From a virus (Duplodnaviria > Caudoviricetes): DNA of 56,241 bases. The stretch lies in IMG/VR virus record IMGVR_UViG_3300038825_000174, positions 1-56,241 of that record; one strand, given 5' to 3'. The translations under genes were made by a program, and so were the position numbers. Below the pieces are notes generated by a model that ran no database searches, was not told the DNA's origin, and worked only from the letters and a program-made list of their open reading frames with translations. Shown one piece after another: positions 54,713 to 56,241 of the stretch (within the stretch, counting starts at the first letter, position 1; each line of letters starts with the position of its first letter).

Positions 54713-55671
54713 TATTTACTCTCCAATGCTGTTAGTCTTGCTTCTATAGATGCAAACCTCTGTTCGTTATATGCACTTAAAAAAGATAATAGCTCTGTAT
54801 ATCTTACACCTAATCTTATATATTTTGTATAGCCATCTGTTTCTTCTTTTTTTATGTCCTTGTATGATTTTTTAGAACCTATTGTTATCTCTTTTTCCCA
54901 CCATGTGTTTTTACACCAAAAAGCATATTTAGAAGCATCTAAACCCTCTGCTGTAAATGCACTTTCTATTTCTTGTGCTATAACACCAGTGTGTGTTCTT
55001 GCGTCACTACCTTTTTTACTCACAGAGTTTTTGAATTTAAACTTCTTAAACAGAGCAGATATTCTTTTTGCCACTTTCATTTCAGTGTCCGTGAGTGTTT
55101 CTATATCTTGCTTATAATTTTGGTCTGAGGTTTGTATTGAGCCGTTGGTAGCATATATGTCCTCAAATTTTATAGAAGGATGCCCTAGGTCAACTGCTCC
55201 ATCAGAGTCTGAACCATTTTTTCTTGGTGTCATATCAGCACCACCAAAACTTAATCCTGCTCTATCGCCAGTGCCTTCTATATAGCCATTTGCACCACCT
55301 ATTGAGCCAAGTTCTAATACTGGTATGCCATCTTTTTTACAAGTAACAACATCACCATCATTCCCAAGTCTATTAAAAACAGCAGGGACATCGTTACTTG
55401 CTGAGTTTGATGCAATACCACCTGCAGCATAAATGATACTGCCTGATTCAGAATTGCTAGATTGAAAGCCACTGGTTGCTGTAGCTGATACAAAGAAGTT
55501 ACCACTACTATCAATTCTAGCACGTTCAGAACCTGCTGTATCTATTATAATAGTATCGTCAGCAGAACTTGCATCTATGCTAGTGTCACCATCAGCGTCA
55601 ATAACAAGCTCTTGCCCTTTTAGGGCAGTAGCTCCATCTAGTCCACTTCCTCTAACTTTAGTTAAAGCCAT
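54712..55671 (-). CDS. Tail fibre/spike with C-terminal intramolecular chaperone (peptidase S74-like)
   Basis: TSDQNYKQDI autocleavage-type motif, H.GVIAQE, GVRY.EL, terminal coiled coil. Confidence 0.8.
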   Translation of the reverse strand: MALTKVRGSGLDGATALKGQELVIDADGDTSIDASSADDTIIIDTAGSERARIDSSGNFFVSATATSGFQSSNSESGSIIYAAGGIASNSASNDVPAVFNRLGNDGDVVTCKKDGIPVLELGSIGGANGYIEGTGDRAGLSFGGADMTPRKNGSDSDGAVDLGHPSIKFEDIYATNGSIQTSDQNYKQDIETLTDTEMKVAKRISALFKKFKFKNSVSKKGSDARTHTGVIAQEIESAFTAEGLDASKYAFWCKNTWWEKEITIGSKKSYKDIKKEETDGYTKYIRLGVRYTELLSFLSAYNEQRFASIEARLTALESK

Positions 55672-55680
55672 TTATTTACC

Positions 55681-56055
55681 TCATGCGTAAGGGCTATCAC
55701 CCAATGTGCTTGTATCCCAAGCAGCTTTTAGTTTAGCTATTGTGTCTGCATCATCTATAGCCTTTGCAGCAGGAGCATCTCTCAATGCTTTCTTCTTAGC
55801 TACGGATGCTGTTTTAGCAGATGCGTCATCAGCTTCAAGTGCCTTCATGTAGACTACATCTTCGGCTTCAAGAAGTGGCTGTCGCACTTCCCTGATTTTG
55901 TTTTTGAAGATAACTTTAGCAGCAGTCATGTCTTCAGCCATAACAGAACCATTTAGTTTCCAAGCATTTCTGAAATGCCTGTCGGATGGCATGGTTATGC
56001 TTGAAGCGTCTGCTGTTGCACCATCCTTGTCGGTTACAAAAGTTTTAGTTGCCAT
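55681..56055 (-). CDS. Tail fibre assembly/chaperone-like protein
   Basis: FRNAW, IREVR.PLL...D, K.ALRDAP motifs. Confidence 0.6.
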   Translation of the reverse strand: MATKTFVTDKDGATADASSITMPSDRHFRNAWKLNGSVMAEDMTAAKVIFKNKIREVRQPLLEAEDVVYMKALEADDASAKTASVAKKKALRDAPAAKAIDDADTIAKLKAAWDTSTLGDSPYA

Positions 56056-56070
56056 TTTAGTTCCTCCTAT

Positions 56071-56241
56071 TTAAGCAGCTATTTTCCAAGCATTTCGCCA
56101 TGTACGATGTTGTGGCAGTTGCTCTTTCTTACATATGACAAGTCTTGGTCGGTTTGACTTCTCATAATCTCTCCATACCTTTTCAGGTATATCTTTCTGT
56201 ATAAGGTACTCTATTGCTTCTTCTTCTGTCATAGCCTTTAC
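56071..56241 (-). CDS. C-terminal part of the protein whose N-terminus is at 1-228
   Basis: Open from the window end: VKAMTEEEAIEYLIQKDIPEKVWRDYEKSNRPRLVICKKEQLPQHRTWRNAWKIAA*. Confidence 0.75.
   Translation of the reverse strand, partial: VKAMTEEEAIEYLIQKDIPEKVWRDYEKSNRPRLVICKKEQLPQHRTWRNAWKIAA

Overview
The window is essentially a whole ~56 kb tailed-phage (podovirus) genome. One gene is split across the two window ends, so the assembly is circularly permuted and probably lacks only a short stretch. Gene content points to an HMO-2011-type marine alphaproteobacterial phage: family A DNA polymerase with a DnaJ-like CxxCxGxG insertion, tyrosine recombinase-primase-helicase block, class II RNR, T7-endonuclease-I-like nuclease, and no phage RNA polymerase. 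The + strand arm (23.6-42.5 kb) carries early and DNA-metabolism genes. The - strand arm (23.0 kb down to 1, then 56.2 kb down to 42.5 kb) carries lysis, terminase, portal, scaffold, capsid, tail and internal virion genes. The likely physical genome ends lie in the 23035-23627 gap. The most unusual signal is in the early region (~23.3-26.3 kb), which is tiled almost end to end, even inside coding sequence, with short perfect hairpins. Many have GNA triloops on the + strand. They are interspersed with six copies of the palindrome GTCCCAAC(G/A)TTGGGAC and a recurring long hairpin with a GTAAA bulge. Other notable observations: a duplicated cassette of six small paralogous tail genes whose GDLA C-terminus encodes the next gene's RBS; a recurring YACC/GCCC internal-loop motif in the scaffold and capsid leaders; hydrophobic-x-x-Gly-Gly motifs shared by virion proteins; and codon-level avoidance of CCAG(G/C). 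Family assignments come from motif recognition by eye, not database searches.
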